A program made the position numbers and the translations under genes. The notes below the pieces were generated by a model. The model searched no databases and had not been told where the DNA came from. It worked only from the letters and a program-made list of their open reading frames with translations. From positions 2,968 to 66,967 of the IMG/VR virus record IMGVR_UViG_3300028269_000003: DNA of 64,000 bases. One strand, 5' to 3'. Below, piece after piece: positions 63,652 to 64,000 of the stretch. The stretch is from a virus. Every line of letters starts with the position of its first letter. The first letter of the stretch is position 1.

Positions 63652-64000
63652 TTAAAACCTCCATTAATTCATCTAATGCTTGATTAAACTCACTCCAATT
63701 TCTACAATCTTTTGCAAGTTCTTTTAATTCATCTAAATCAACACCAATTTCGTATGCTGATTTTAGTTTTTTAACTAAAGCATACTCATTGCAATAAGCA
63801 TATCTATTTTTGCATATACCTTTTATGTAATGAATTTGTCTTAAATAATCAGGCTGAGTATTTATATTGCATATTCCACTAATTTTGTTAAATGCTAAAT
63901 TTACACTGTCATAATCGTATGGCTGGTCTTTAACTTCAATTAAATATTTTTTTGATATTTCTATTGAATCTAAAACTACATTTAACCCAAATTTTTTTAT
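63638..64000 (-). CDS. partial CDS (C-terminal 120 aa), possibly an HNH-associated phage protein
   Basis: open frame from the window edge ...YIKGICKNRY...ELAK.CRNWSEF...NGSR*, overlapping the initiator start. Confidence 0.6.
   Translation of the reverse strand: MKKFGLNVVLDSIEISKKYLIEVKDQPYDYDSVNLAFNKISGICNINTQPDYLRQIHYIKGICKNRYAYCNEYALVKKLKSAYEIGVDLDELKELAKDCRNWSEFNQALDELMEVLNGSR

Overview
The window is entirely AT-rich tailed-phage DNA, with no recognisable host housekeeping genes. It reads as two related phage genomes joined head to tail, each laid out as [lysis <- virion genes <- ncRNA/DNA-metabolism/replication genes | early genes ->]. Unit 1 (~1.6-35.4 kb) has a P22-like short-tailed (podovirus) module: terminase, portal, scaffold, coat, adaptor, nozzle, three ejection proteins and a tail fibre. 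Unit 2 (~35.4 kb to the right edge; the early-region tail at 1-1584 may also belong to it) has a long non-contractile-tail (siphovirus) module: DUF4055-type portal, MuF, major capsid, tail tube, frameshifted chaperone, tape measure and TipJ. The two units share near-identical but SNP-bearing blocks (end of the early region, lysis, HTH, RusA-NinB, loader) that flank swapped cassettes. I found no integrase or CI-type repressor. Comparing the two copies shows several covarying RNA structures: (i) a three-hairpin element after the lysis genes whose invariant loop is antisense to the ATTGGAGA ribosome-binding site of early/middle genes; (ii) a promoter-driven array of structured RNAs including a c4-type antisense RNA. 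Unit 1 also has a kissing-loop attenuator in front of the replication initiator. Other features are a putative virion-glycosylation cassette, a secreted 6-Cys micro-peptide, a leaderless membrane peptide in the P22 sieA position, TraR/DksA-like proteins and tRNA-Arg(UCU). All calls come from reading motifs and synteny by eye, with no database searches. The tandem arrangement could be real or an assembly chimera.
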